DNA from: Salipiger sp. | GTDB lineage: Bacteria > Pseudomonadota > Alphaproteobacteria > Rhodobacterales > Rhodobacteraceae | DNA: 64,000 nucleotides | Direction: 5' to 3' | Assembly (NCBI RefSeq): GCF_048261495.1 | Contig: NZ_JBLXFX010000001.1 | Span: 463,510-527,509 of the forward strand | In this document: piece after piece, positions 49,770 through 58,551 of the stretch | Layout: every line of letters begins with the position of its first letter | How positions within the stretch are numbered: the first letter of the stretch is position 1 | The notes under the pieces: model-generated | Seen by the model: only the letters and a program-made list of their open reading frames with translations | Told to the model about the DNA's origin: nothing | Databases searched by the model: none | Made by a program: the position numbers and the translations under genes

Positions 49770-50320
49770 CGGGAACCATCGCGACAACCCGCTGGAAGGC
49801 CCTCGACCGGGATGGCGAGGACAAGTGCCGCCTTGCCCACCTCGACGGGGGGTACATGCTGGTCGGTCATGCCCGGTTCCGGGACGGCAGCGGCTGGGCG
49901 GCGCTCGACTACATCGTGCGCACCGGGCCGGACTGGATCACCCGCAGCGCCGATGTCTCGGGCACTTACGGCGGCGGCGAGGTCGCGCTGCGCTTTACCG
50001 TCCGTGACGGCGCCTGGGCGATGAACTGCGTGCCCCAGCCGCAGCTCGAGGGCTGCGAGGACATCGACTTTGCCTTCACCCCGGCGACCAACCTCATGCC
50101 GATGCGCCGCCTGCCCGAGGTCGGACGCCTGATGACGCGCTCGGCCTGGCTGCGGCTGCCGGGGCCGATGGTCACCCCCCTGTCGCAGAGCTACACGCGC
50201 GAGCGCGGCAACCTCGTGGCCTACACGGCCGAGGAATCCGGCTATGCCACGCATCTTGCAACGGACCCGCACGGCTTCGTCACGCATTACCCCGGCCTCT
50301 GGGAAGGCGCAGGTGCGTAG
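49766..50320 (+). CDS. hypothetical protein, tentatively of the putative glycolipid-binding family (PF06475-like)
   Basis: 184 codons. ATGA overlap with the A2M stop. C-terminal ...GFVTHYPGLWEGA resembles that family as I remember it. No signal peptide visible. Confidence 0.65.
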   Translation: MTGTIATTRWKALDRDGEDKCRLAHLDGGYMLVGHARFRDGSGWAALDYIVRTGPDWITRSADVSGTYGGGEVALRFTVRDGAWAMNCVPQPQLEGCEDIDFAFTPATNLMPMRRLPEVGRLMTRSAWLRLPGPMVTPLSQSYTRERGNLVAYTAEESGYATHLATDPHGFVTHYPGLWEGAGA

Positions 50321-52331
50321 ACTGGCCGCCCTTGTCGTCGTGCTGTGGTGCGTGGCGCTCGGGCGGGACGCGGTCGACGACTGGATCGACCGGACGGCGA
50401 TTCCCGTTCTCGTGCACGCCACCTCGTCCGAGGTGCGCGACCGCCACGGCGCGCTGTTGCGGGCCTACACGGTCGAGGACGGCTTGTGGCGCATGGCGCT
50501 GTCGCTGGACCAGGTGGACCCGATGTTCTTCGACATGCTCATCGCCTACGAGGACAAGCGGTTCCGCGAGCATCCGGGGTTCGACACCATGGCGACGGCG
50601 CGTGCGGTCTGGCAGGGGCTGCGACACGGGCGCATCGTGTCCGGCGCCTCGACCCTGACGATGCAGGTGGCACGGCTGCTCGAGGACGGGACCACCGGCG
50701 CCTGGCAGGGCAAGCTGCGGCAGACCCGGCTTGCGCTCGCGCTGGAACGGCGGCTGAGCAAGGACCAGATCCTGCAGCTCTACCTGGAACTGGCCCCCTA
50801 CGGCGGCAATGTCGAAGGTCTCCGGGCCGCCTCGCTCGCGTGGTTCGGCAAGGAACCGCGCCGCCTCACGCCGGCCGAGGCGGCGCTTCTCGTCGCGCTT
50901 CCGCAGGCGCCAGAAAGCCGCCGCCCCGACCGCCACCCCGAAGCCGCCCGCATCGCGCGCGACCGGGTGCTGGAGCGCATGGCCGGGGCCGGGGTCATCG
51001 ACGCGGAAACCGCCCGCGCCTCGCGCCGCGATCCCGCGCCGACGCAGCGGCGTCCGGTGCCGATGCTGGCGCCTCACATGGCGGACCGGGCCGTGGCCGA
51101 AGCGCCGGGCCGCCACGATCTGACCCTCGACCGGGACCTTCAGCAAAGCCTCGAAACGCTCGCCCGCGACTACATGGCCCGGCAGGACCCGCGCCTGTCT
51201 CTCGCGATCATGGTGGCCGACCACCGGACGGGAGAGATTCTGGCCAGTGTCGGATCGCCCGCCTATTCGGAAACCCGGGGGCAGGGGTTCGTGGACATGA
51301 CGCAGGCGCTGCGTTCGCCCGGGTCGACGTTGAAACCGCTGGTCTACGGGCTGGCCTTCGACCGGGGGCTTGCGCATCCGGAAACGCTGATCGCGGACAG
51401 CCCGGTGCAATTCGGCACCTATGCGCCGCAGAATTTCGACGGGCAGTTCCGGGGCGAGGTGCGAATCTCGCGCGCGCTGCAGATGTCGCTCAACATCCCG
51501 GTGGTGCGGCTGACCGATGCCATGGGCCCGGCGCACCTGATGGCGGCGCTGGGCAAGGCGGGGCTGCGTCCCGAACTGCCTCCGGGGCGGCCCGGGCTGG
51601 CGGTGAGCCTCGGAGGCGTCGGACTGACGCTGTCGGACATGCTGACCCTCTACGCCGCGCTGGCCCGGGACGGACAGGCCCGCCCGCTGCGCTGGCAACT
51701 CGACCAGCCCGAGGGCGTGGCCGCGCGATTGCTGAGCCCGCGGTCGGCCTGGCAGATCGGTCACATCCTTGCCGGGATCGCGCCCCCCGCCCATGCCGGT
51801 CCGTCCGGGCGCGTGGCCTACAAGACCGGCACCTCCTACGGTCATCGCGACGCCTGGGCGCTGGGCTGGGACGGGCGGTTCGTGGCGGGAGTCTGGATCG
51901 GACGGCCGGACGGGACGCCGGTGCCGGGCGCGTTCGGAGGCGATCTCGCCGCGCCGCTGCTGTTCGAGGCGCTCGGCCGCACCGGGCCGAAGCCCGAGCC
52001 GCTGCCGGCACCGCCGCCCGACACGCTGATCGTGGGAAACGGCGCGCTGCCGGCACATCTGCAACGCTTCGGCGGCACCGAGGTCGATCGGGACCCGCTC
52101 ACGCTGGCCTTTCCGCCGGACGGTGCCCGCCTCGCGCCGGACCCGCGCGGTGTGCCGGTGAAGCTGCGCGGCGGCACCCCGCCCTATACGCTGCTCGCCG
52201 ATGGCGAGGTCATCGCCACCGGCCTGCGCGGCACCGATCTTCTGGCGCCGCTCACCGGGCCGGGCTTTGCCACCCTTGCCGTGATCGACGCCACCGGCCG
52301 CTCCGGGCGGGTGTCCATCGAACTGCGCTGA
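50313..52331 (+). CDS. pbpC: penicillin-binding protein 1C (PbpC)
   Basis: Glycosyltransferase motifs ...AYEDKRFREHPGFD... and ...GASTLTMQVARLL.... Transpeptidase SPGSTLKP and ...YKTGTSYGHRDAWA.... GTG 50313 is chosen; ATG 50244 is an alternative that would overlap the preceding gene by 77 nt. Confidence 0.9.
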   Translation: MRRLAALVVVLWCVALGRDAVDDWIDRTAIPVLVHATSSEVRDRHGALLRAYTVEDGLWRMALSLDQVDPMFFDMLIAYEDKRFREHPGFDTMATARAVWQGLRHGRIVSGASTLTMQVARLLEDGTTGAWQGKLRQTRLALALERRLSKDQILQLYLELAPYGGNVEGLRAASLAWFGKEPRRLTPAEAALLVALPQAPESRRPDRHPEAARIARDRVLERMAGAGVIDAETARASRRDPAPTQRRPVPMLAPHMADRAVAEAPGRHDLTLDRDLQQSLETLARDYMARQDPRLSLAIMVADHRTGEILASVGSPAYSETRGQGFVDMTQALRSPGSTLKPLVYGLAFDRGLAHPETLIADSPVQFGTYAPQNFDGQFRGEVRISRALQMSLNIPVVRLTDAMGPAHLMAALGKAGLRPELPPGRPGLAVSLGGVGLTLSDMLTLYAALARDGQARPLRWQLDQPEGVAARLLSPRSAWQIGHILAGIAPPAHAGPSGRVAYKTGTSYGHRDAWALGWDGRFVAGVWIGRPDGTPVPGAFGGDLAAPLLFEALGRTGPKPEPLPAPPPDTLIVGNGALPAHLQRFGGTEVDRDPLTLAFPPDGARLAPDPRGVPVKLRGGTPPYTLLADGEVIATGLRGTDLLAPLTGPGFATLAVIDATGRSGRVSIELR

Positions 52332-52337
52332 GCCGTC

Positions 52338-53517
52338 TCAGATCCGCTCGATCGCGAGGGCGATGCCCTGCCCGCCACCGATGCACATGGTGATCAGCGC
52401 CCGGCGCCCGCCGGTGCGCTCGAGTTCGTACAGGGCCTTGACCGTGATGATCGACCCGGTCGCGCCGACCGGATGGCCCAGCGCAATGGCGCCGCCGTTC
52501 GGATTCACCCTTGCCGGGTCGAGGCCGAGACCCTTGTTCACCGCAAGCGCCTGCGCGGCAAAGGCCTCGTTCGATTCGACGAGGTCGAAATCACCGATCC
52601 CGAGGCCGGTGCGCGCCAACAGGGCCTCGACCGCCGGGACCGGACCGATGCCCATGACCTCGGGCCGCACGCCGGCATGGGCATAGCCGAGAATCCGCGC
52701 CTTGGGCGTCAGCCCCGCAGCCTGCGCGGCAGAGGCCCGCGCCAGAACCAGCGCCGCGGCGCCGTCGTTGATGCCCGAGGCATTGCCCGCCGTGACGCTG
52801 CCATCCTTGCGGAAGGCGGGCCGCAACCCGGCAAGCTTGTCGGCGGAGGTCGCCTTGGGATGTTCGTCGGTATCCACCGTGACCGAGCCGCGGCGGGTCG
52901 CGATCTCGACCGGCACGATCTGGTCGCGGAAAATGCCGTCGGCAATCGCCCGCGCCGCGCGGGTCTGGCTTTCCAGCGCAAAGGCATCCTGCGCCTCGCG
53001 GGTGATCCCGTGCTCGTCGGCGACGTTTTCGGCGGTGATCCCCATGTGGCCGGTGCCGAACGGGCAGTTCAGCGCACCGAGCATCATGTCGAGCATCCGG
53101 ATATCGCCCATCTTGGCGCCCCAGCGCACATCCGGCGCGATGTAGGGCGCGCGCGACATGCTTTCGGCACCTCCGACCAGGGCGAAATCGGCATCGCCGA
53201 GCATCAGCGCCTGCGCGCCCGAGACGATGGCCTGGGCACCGGACCCGCAGAGCCGGTTCACGTTCATCGCGGGAACGCTGTCCGGCACACCTGCGGTCAT
53301 CGCCGCAACGCGGCTGAGGTACATGTCGCGGGGTTCGGTGTTGATCACATGGCCGAACACCACGGTGCCGATCCTGTCCGGCGCGACTCCGGCGCGCTCC
53401 ATCGCGGCCTTCGCGGCGGTGGCACCGAGGTCGATCGGCGGCACTCCGGACAGCGCGCCTCCGAAGGTGCCGATGGCCGTGCGCGCCCCGCCAAGAATTA
53501 CGATGTCGTCCGTCATG
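52338..53517 (-). CDS. acetyl-CoA C-acetyltransferase (thiolase II)
   Basis: ATG 53517 gives MTDDIVILGGARTAIGTFGG.... Also NRLCGSGAQAI (active Cys) and the C-terminal ...CIGGGQGIALAIERI. Confidence 0.93.
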
Positions 53518-53607
53518 ATCCCCTCCGGCAACTGTTCCGGGGCGACTATGGCGGCCCGCCGCCGGGTTGTCAGCCGCAACCGGGGCGCGCGCCGTTCCTC
53601 CGTTGCG

Positions 53608-53802
53608 TCATTTCCGCGGGATGCTGCGGGCGGAGCTTGCCTGACCCTCCGGCGGGGCAAGGACGCGGCGCAGGCGTTCCCGGAGGCGCGGGAACGTGCC
53701 GGGTGCGCTGACGCGTTCGCCACGCGGCGGCACATGGGGGCAGGACCCGTCGCGGTAGGCGTGCAGGGCCGGGTCGTGCCAGTCTGGTTCGGATTCTCGC
53801 AT
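53608..53802 (-). CDS. possible 64-aa hypothetical protein
   Basis: An ORF in an otherwise empty 329-nt GC-rich gap. About four fifths of its codons end in G/C by my count. No SD and no recognisable family. Confidence 0.25.
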   Translation of the reverse strand: MRESEPDWHDPALHAYRDGSCPHVPPRGERVSAPGTFPRLRERLRRVLAPPEGQASSARSIPRK

Positions 53803-53846
53803 GGTCCGGAGGGTGCCCCGGAAAGCTTTTCAAACCGCTAACGCGA

Positions 53847-55187
53847 TCAGTCCGGAAGCGGGTCGGCCGGCGGTTTCCCGTCGCCCAGAAGGCGCACCTC
53901 GCGCTGCGGGAAGGGGATGGAGATGCCGTGTTCCTTGAAGGCGTCCCAGAGCGCCAGGTAGACATTGCCCCGGATGTTGGTGAGCCCCCCGGTCGGGTCG
54001 GAAATCCAGAACCTCAGGATGTAGTCGACCGAGGAATCGCCGAAGCCGACGATGTGGCAGACGGGCGGGCGGTCCCCGAGCACGCGCTTGACGTTCTGGG
54101 CCGCCTCGATGGCGATGCGGCGCACCAGGTGGGGATCGTCGCCGTAGGCCGTGCCGAAGAAAATGTCGAGCCGCACGAAGTCGTTGGAATGCGACCAGTT
54201 CACCACCTGCCCGGTGATCAGGTCCTCGTTCGGGATCAGGTATTCCTTGCCGTCGCGCGTGGTGATCGAGACATACCGGGCGCCGAGCGCGTTGATCCAG
54301 CCGAAGGTCTCGCCGAGCGAGATCACGTCCCCCGGCTTGATCGACTTGTCGAGCAGGATGATGACCCCCGACACCAGGTTCGACACCACCTTCTGCAGGC
54401 CGAAGCCGAGGCCGACGCCGATGGCACCGGACAGCACGGCGAGGCCGGTCAGGTCGACGCCGACCAGCTTCAGCCCCATGAAGAAGGCCGTTCCGTAAAG
54501 AGCGACCTGCAGCAGCTTGACCGCCAGTACCTGCATCGAGGGCGAGATGTCCTCGTTCCGCCGGATCCGCGCGGCGGAAACGGTGGCCAGGGCGCGGGCG
54601 ATGGCGATGAGCCCGGCCACCATGATCAGCGCCTGCACCACCAGCCAGACGCTGAGGTTCGAATCGCCGATGCGGATCGCCAGCCGTTCGAGGATGGAGC
54701 GCGTCTCGTCGAACAGGCCGAGGATGTGCAGCGTCACCGCCGCCCAGGCGCCGTAGCGCACGATGGAGCGCATCAGCGGGTTGGCGATCAGCCGCGTCGC
54801 GAAGGCGATCACCAGCCAGGCGGTGAACAGGTTCGCCATCACCCCGAGCAGGTAGGAGCGCGACGGCCAGGTCGCCTGCTGCATGATGCCGTAGGTCACC
54901 CAGATCATCAGCGTGAAGATCATCATGCGCAACCGGCGGTGCACGATGATGAAGGTCCGCATCTGCCAGACCGGCCAGCCCCGCGCCGCCGCCCAGGCCC
55001 GGATACGCGGTCCCACCGTGCGCGAGATCAGCGCCGCCCCGACGAACAGCGCCGCGGCGATCAGGATCTGGTAGAGGTTCCATTCGCGGGCGAAGATCTT
55101 GAGATAGAACTCGCCCCACGCCAGCAGGCTGCGCAGGATCTCTTCCAACATTTCCAGAGGTGTCTGGTCCGCTTCGGTCTGGTTCAT
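53847..55187 (-). CDS. mechanosensitive ion channel family protein (MscS-like)
   Basis: ORF 53847..55601 trimmed to ATG 55187 (MNQTEADQ...). Multiple TM helices followed by the MscS core ...LVSGVIILLDKSIKPGDVISLGETFGWINALGARYVSITTRDGKEYLIPNEDL.... Confidence 0.88.
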   Translation of the reverse strand: MNQTEADQTPLEMLEEILRSLLAWGEFYLKIFAREWNLYQILIAAALFVGAALISRTVGPRIRAWAAARGWPVWQMRTFIIVHRRLRMMIFTLMIWVTYGIMQQATWPSRSYLLGVMANLFTAWLVIAFATRLIANPLMRSIVRYGAWAAVTLHILGLFDETRSILERLAIRIGDSNLSVWLVVQALIMVAGLIAIARALATVSAARIRRNEDISPSMQVLAVKLLQVALYGTAFFMGLKLVGVDLTGLAVLSGAIGVGLGFGLQKVVSNLVSGVIILLDKSIKPGDVISLGETFGWINALGARYVSITTRDGKEYLIPNEDLITGQVVNWSHSNDFVRLDIFFGTAYGDDPHLVRRIAIEAAQNVKRVLGDRPPVCHIVGFGDSSVDYILRFWISDPTGGLTNIRGNVYLALWDAFKEHGISIPFPQREVRLLGDGKPPADPLPD

Positions 55188-55618
55188 CGCCGGGCCGTCT
55201 CCCTTCGCGACCAGCGTGGCAGCCCCCGCCGGGCAGGGCAAGGGGAGAGCGGCCCTCGGCGCGCCCGGCGTGACCGGGGGCGTCCCGGCGGACGCCCCGC
55301 CGATGCCTTGCCGCGACACTGCCGCCGCGCCCCTTGCCGGCACGAATTCCGCCGGCCGCGGCATCCCGGCGGACATTTTCGTCGCTCGCCGTTTTTTCGG
55401 GCAGGTTCCACGACCACTTGATCGAAAGGGGGACTCCCTGTATTTCCCCGCCATGACCCGGGTTTTCGATCTCTGTGACCACATGCGACTGCGTGAACGG
55501 TTCCACGGCGCCAGCTTTACCGTTCTGGCGCGTCTATAAGCCTGCCCGAGCCCGCCGAGGGCGCAGGCCGACCCGCGCCCAGCCATAGCCAAATTCGCCA
55601 TTTCCGGAGACCAGACCC

Positions 55619-57040
55619 ATGTCCGGCAAGACTCTCTACGACAAGATCTGGGATGCCCACGTCGTCCAGCAGGACGAAGACGGCACCTGCCTTCTCTACA
55701 TCGACCGTCACCTCGTGCACGAGGTCACCTCGCCCCAGGCCTTCGAGGGCCTGCGCATCGCGGGCCGCCAGGTCCGCGCGCCCGAACGCACCATCGCGGT
55801 GCCCGATCACAACGTGCCGACCACGCTCGACCGTGAAAACGGCATCGAGAACGAGGAATCGCGCATCCAGGTCGAAGCGCTCGACAAGAACGCCAAGGAT
55901 TTCGGCGTGCATTACTACCCGGTGAGCGACATCCGCCAGGGCATCGTGCACATCGTCGGCCCCGAACAGGGCTGGACCCTGCCCGGCATGACCGTGGTCT
56001 GCGGCGATTCCCACACCGCCACCCACGGCGCCTTCGGCGCGCTGGCCCACGGCATCGGCACCTCCGAGGTCGAGCACGTGCTCGCCACGCAGACGCTGAT
56101 CCAGGCCAAATCGAAGAACATGAAGGTCGAGATCACCGGCAAGCTGCGCCCCGGCGTGACCGCCAAGGACATCACCCTGTCCGTGATCGGCGCCACCGGC
56201 ACCGCGGGCGGCACCGGCTATGTCATCGAATATTGCGGCGAAGCGATCCGCGACCTGTCGATGGAAGGCCGCATGACCGTCTGCAACATGGCGATCGAAG
56301 GCGGCGCCCGGGCCGGTCTCATCGCGCCGGACGAAAAGACCTTCGACTACGTGAAGGGCCGTCCCCACGCCCCCAAGGGCGCCCAGTTCGAAGCCGCGCT
56401 CGCGTGGTGGAAGACGCTGTTCTCCGACGAGGACGCGCATTGGGACAAGGTCGTCACGCTCAAGGGCGAGGACATCGCCCCGGTCGTGACCTGGGGCACC
56501 TCTCCCGAGGACGTGCTGCCGATCACCGCATCGGTTCCCGCCGCCGAGGATTTCAAGGGCGGCAAAGTCGAGGCGGCCCGCCGGTCGCTGGCCTACATGG
56601 GGCTCGAAGCCGGCCAGAAGCTGACCGACATCAAGATCGACACGGTCTTCATCGGGTCCTGCACCAACGGCCGGATCGAGGATTTCCGCGCCGCCGCTGC
56701 GATCCTCAAGGGCCGCAAGATCGCACCGGGCATCCGCGCCATGGTCGTGCCGGGATCGGGTCTCGTCCGGGCCCAGGCCGAGGAAGAGGGCATCGCACAG
56801 ATCTTCATCGACGCGGGCTTCGAATGGCGTCTCGCGGGTTGCTCCATGTGCCTCGCGATGAACCCGGACCAACTGTCCCCGGGCGAACGCTGCGCCGCCA
56901 CCTCGAACCGCAACTTCGAAGGCCGTCAGGGTCGTGGCGGCCGGACCCACCTCATGTCCCCCGCGATGGCGGCGGCGGCTGCGGTGACCGGACACCTCAC
57001 CGACGTGCGCGAACTGATGGATGAGCCGGTCTCGGCCTGA
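55619..57040 (+). CDS. leuC: 3-isopropylmalate dehydratase large subunit
   Basis: [16 protein letters not shown]..., [14 protein letters not shown], and [12 protein letters not shown] (Fe-S Cys ligands). Confidence 0.96.
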   Translation: MSGKTLYDKIWDAHVVQQDEDGTCLLYIDRHLVHEVTSPQAFEGLRIAGRQVRAPERTIAVPDHNVPTTLDRENGIENEESRIQVEALDKNAKDFGVHYYPVSDIRQGIVHIVGPEQGWTLPGMTVVCGDSHTATHGAFGALAHGIGTSEVEHVLATQTLIQAKSKNMKVEITGKLRPGVTAKDITLSVIGATGTAGGTGYVIEYCGEAIRDLSMEGRMTVCNMAIEGGARAGLIAPDEKTFDYVKGRPHAPKGAQFEAALAWWKTLFSDEDAHWDKVVTLKGEDIAPVVTWGTSPEDVLPITASVPAAEDFKGGKVEAARRSLAYMGLEAGQKLTDIKIDTVFIGSCTNGRIEDFRAAAAILKGRKIAPGIRAMVVPGSGLVRAQAEEEGIAQIFIDAGFEWRLAGCSMCLAMNPDQLSPGERCAATSNRNFEGRQGRGGRTHLMSPAMAAAAAVTGHLTDVRELMDEPVSA

Positions 57041-57051
57041 GGAGAGAACAG

Positions 57052-57657
57052 ATGGACAAGTTCGAGAAACTGACCGGGATCGCGGCGCCCATGCCGCTGG
57101 TGAACATCGACACCGACATGATCATCCCCAAGCAGTACCTGAAGACGATCAAGCGCACCGGCCTCGGTGTGCATGCCTTCGCCGAGATGCGCTACCTCGA
57201 CGACGGTGCCGAGAATCCCGACTTCGTGCTGAACAAGCCGCAGTACCGCGAGGCGCAGGTCATCGTGGCCGGCGACAATTTCGGGTGCGGCTCCTCGCGC
57301 GAACATGCGCCCTGGGCACTGGCGGATTTCGGCGTCAAGGCGGTCATCTCGACCTCCTTCGCCGACATCTTCTACAACAACTGCTTCAAGAACGGCATGC
57401 TGCCCATCGTTCTGCCGCAGGAAGCCGTGGACGTGCTGATGAAGGATGCCGAAAAAGGCTCCAACGCGCGCATGACCGTGGACCTGGAAAACCAGGTCGT
57501 GACCAGTTCCGACGGCGAGGAGTTCCGGTTCGAGATCGACCCCTTCAAGAAGCACTGCCTGATGGAGGGGCTCGACGATATCGGCCTCACGATGGCCAAG
57601 GTCTCCGACATCGACACGTTCGAGACCGGTTTGGCCCAATCGCGCCCCTGGGTCTGA
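57052..57657 (+). CDS. leuD: 3-isopropylmalate dehydratase small subunit
   Basis: 201 aa. ...[14 protein letters not shown]... and ...[17 protein letters not shown].... Confidence 0.95.
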   Translation: MDKFEKLTGIAAPMPLVNIDTDMIIPKQYLKTIKRTGLGVHAFAEMRYLDDGAENPDFVLNKPQYREAQVIVAGDNFGCGSSREHAPWALADFGVKAVISTSFADIFYNNCFKNGMLPIVLPQEAVDVLMKDAEKGSNARMTVDLENQVVTSSDGEEFRFEIDPFKKHCLMEGLDDIGLTMAKVSDIDTFETGLAQSRPWV

Positions 57658-57735
57658 CGCCCCGGAATTCTGAATACCGAAATGGCGGAGGTGCGTGTCT
57701 CCGCCATTTTTCTTGCCCGGCGTCCTTCCGGTGGT

Positions 57736-57848
57736 GAGGGGCCGACAGCCTCCGGCGGGGATATTTCCGGCCAGAAGAAGCCGCAGGAAGCTCCCGGGAT
57801 TTCTTCTGGCCTGAAATATCCCGGGGGGGCGAGGGGGCAGAGCCCCCC
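57736..57848. repeat. REP-like elements, copies D1 (57736..57780, +) and D2 (57801..57848, inverted), forming a long palindrome
   Basis: GGGATATTTCCGGCCAGAAGAA (57758..57779) faces TTCTTCTGGCCTGAAATATCCC (57801..57822). D2 also carries GGGGGC-AGA-GCCCCC. Lies between the convergent leuD and CoA-transferase B stops. Confidence 0.75.
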
Positions 57849-57861
57849 GAAAGGTCCATCG

Positions 57862-58551
57862 TCAGATGGACCCGGAAAGATTCATTTCGGGAATGCGGCC
57901 CGTGATGACCAGCGCGGCATCCGTTGCGGCGACGACGCGGTCCACGCCGATGCCGGGGCCGGTTTCCAGAAGGTGGAGGCCGTCGTCCATCGGTTTCATC
58001 ACCGCGAGTTCGGTCACGATCAGGTCGACCCGGCGCTGCGAGGTCAGGGGGAGGTCGCACTCCTGCACGACCTTGGAAACGCCCTTTGCACGGTGACGCA
58101 TGGCGACGATCACCTTCTTCGCCCCCGTCACCAGGTCCATTGCGCCACCCATTCCGGGGACGAAGCGACCGGGGATCATCCAGTTGGCCAGGCGGCCCTT
58201 CGCGTCGACCTGCAGGCCGCCGAGGACGGTGAGATCCAGGTGTCCTCCGCGGATCAGACCGAAGGAGAAGGCGGAATCGATGATCGAGGCGCCGGGGACC
58301 GCCGAGACGAAGCTGCCGCCGGCATCGGTGAGGTGCCGGTCCGTCATGCCTTCGGGCGGGCGGTGCCCCATGCCGACGGCGCCGTTCTCGGCCTGGAAGA
58401 ACACGCCGAGGCGCTCGTCGAGGTGATCCGAGACCAGCGTCGGTATGCCGATGCCGAGGTTCACCAGCGTGCCGGGGCGGATCTCCCTCGCGACGCGGCG
58501 GGCGATGACCTCTTCCGGATCCATCGCTGCGGTTTGCACGGGGTCTGTCAT
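57862..58551 (-). CDS. 3-oxoacid CoA-transferase subunit B
   Basis: ...LVNLGIGIPTLV..., ...QAENGAVGMG... (SENG-type active-site Glu), and ...GMGGAMDLV.... ATGA overlap with subunit A. Confidence 0.9.
   Translation of the reverse strand: MTDPVQTAAMDPEEVIARRVAREIRPGTLVNLGIGIPTLVSDHLDERLGVFFQAENGAVGMGHRPPEGMTDRHLTDAGGSFVSAVPGASIIDSAFSFGLIRGGHLDLTVLGGLQVDAKGRLANWMIPGRFVPGMGGAMDLVTGAKKVIVAMRHRAKGVSKVVQECDLPLTSQRRVDLIVTELAVMKPMDDGLHLLETGPGIGVDRVVAATDAALVITGRIPEMNLSGSI

Noticed and set aside
44265-49787. Very long ORFs antisense to real genes. Examples: 1840 aa at 44265..49787 (-); 1342 aa at 42269..46297 (+); 1064 aa at 1583..4777 (+); 779 aa at 15145..17484 (-); 729 aa at 38915..41104 (-); and the upstream two thirds of 12184..14898 (-).
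   Set aside because: Their translations are Arg/Gly/Pro/Ala-rich low-complexity strings with no motifs. Each lies opposite a gene with clear family signatures. Stop-free antisense frames are an expected by-product of strong GC3 codon bias in GC-rich genomes.
50244-50312. An upstream ATG start for pbpC (MPRILQRT…, reminiscent of E. coli PbpC MPRLLTKR…).
   Set aside because: It would overlap by 77 nt the conserved-looking C-terminus (…GFVTHYPGLWEGA) of the preceding gene. GTG 50313 sits directly before the membrane anchor and gives a typical 8-nt coupling overlap. I keep the ATG as an alternative only.
55453-55539. A possible leucine-operon leader peptide upstream of leuC.
   Set aside because: The 28-codon ORF has only 4 scattered Leu codons and no Leu run. 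No terminator/antiterminator pair is evident. Classical leu attenuation is an enterobacterial feature, not one I would expect here.
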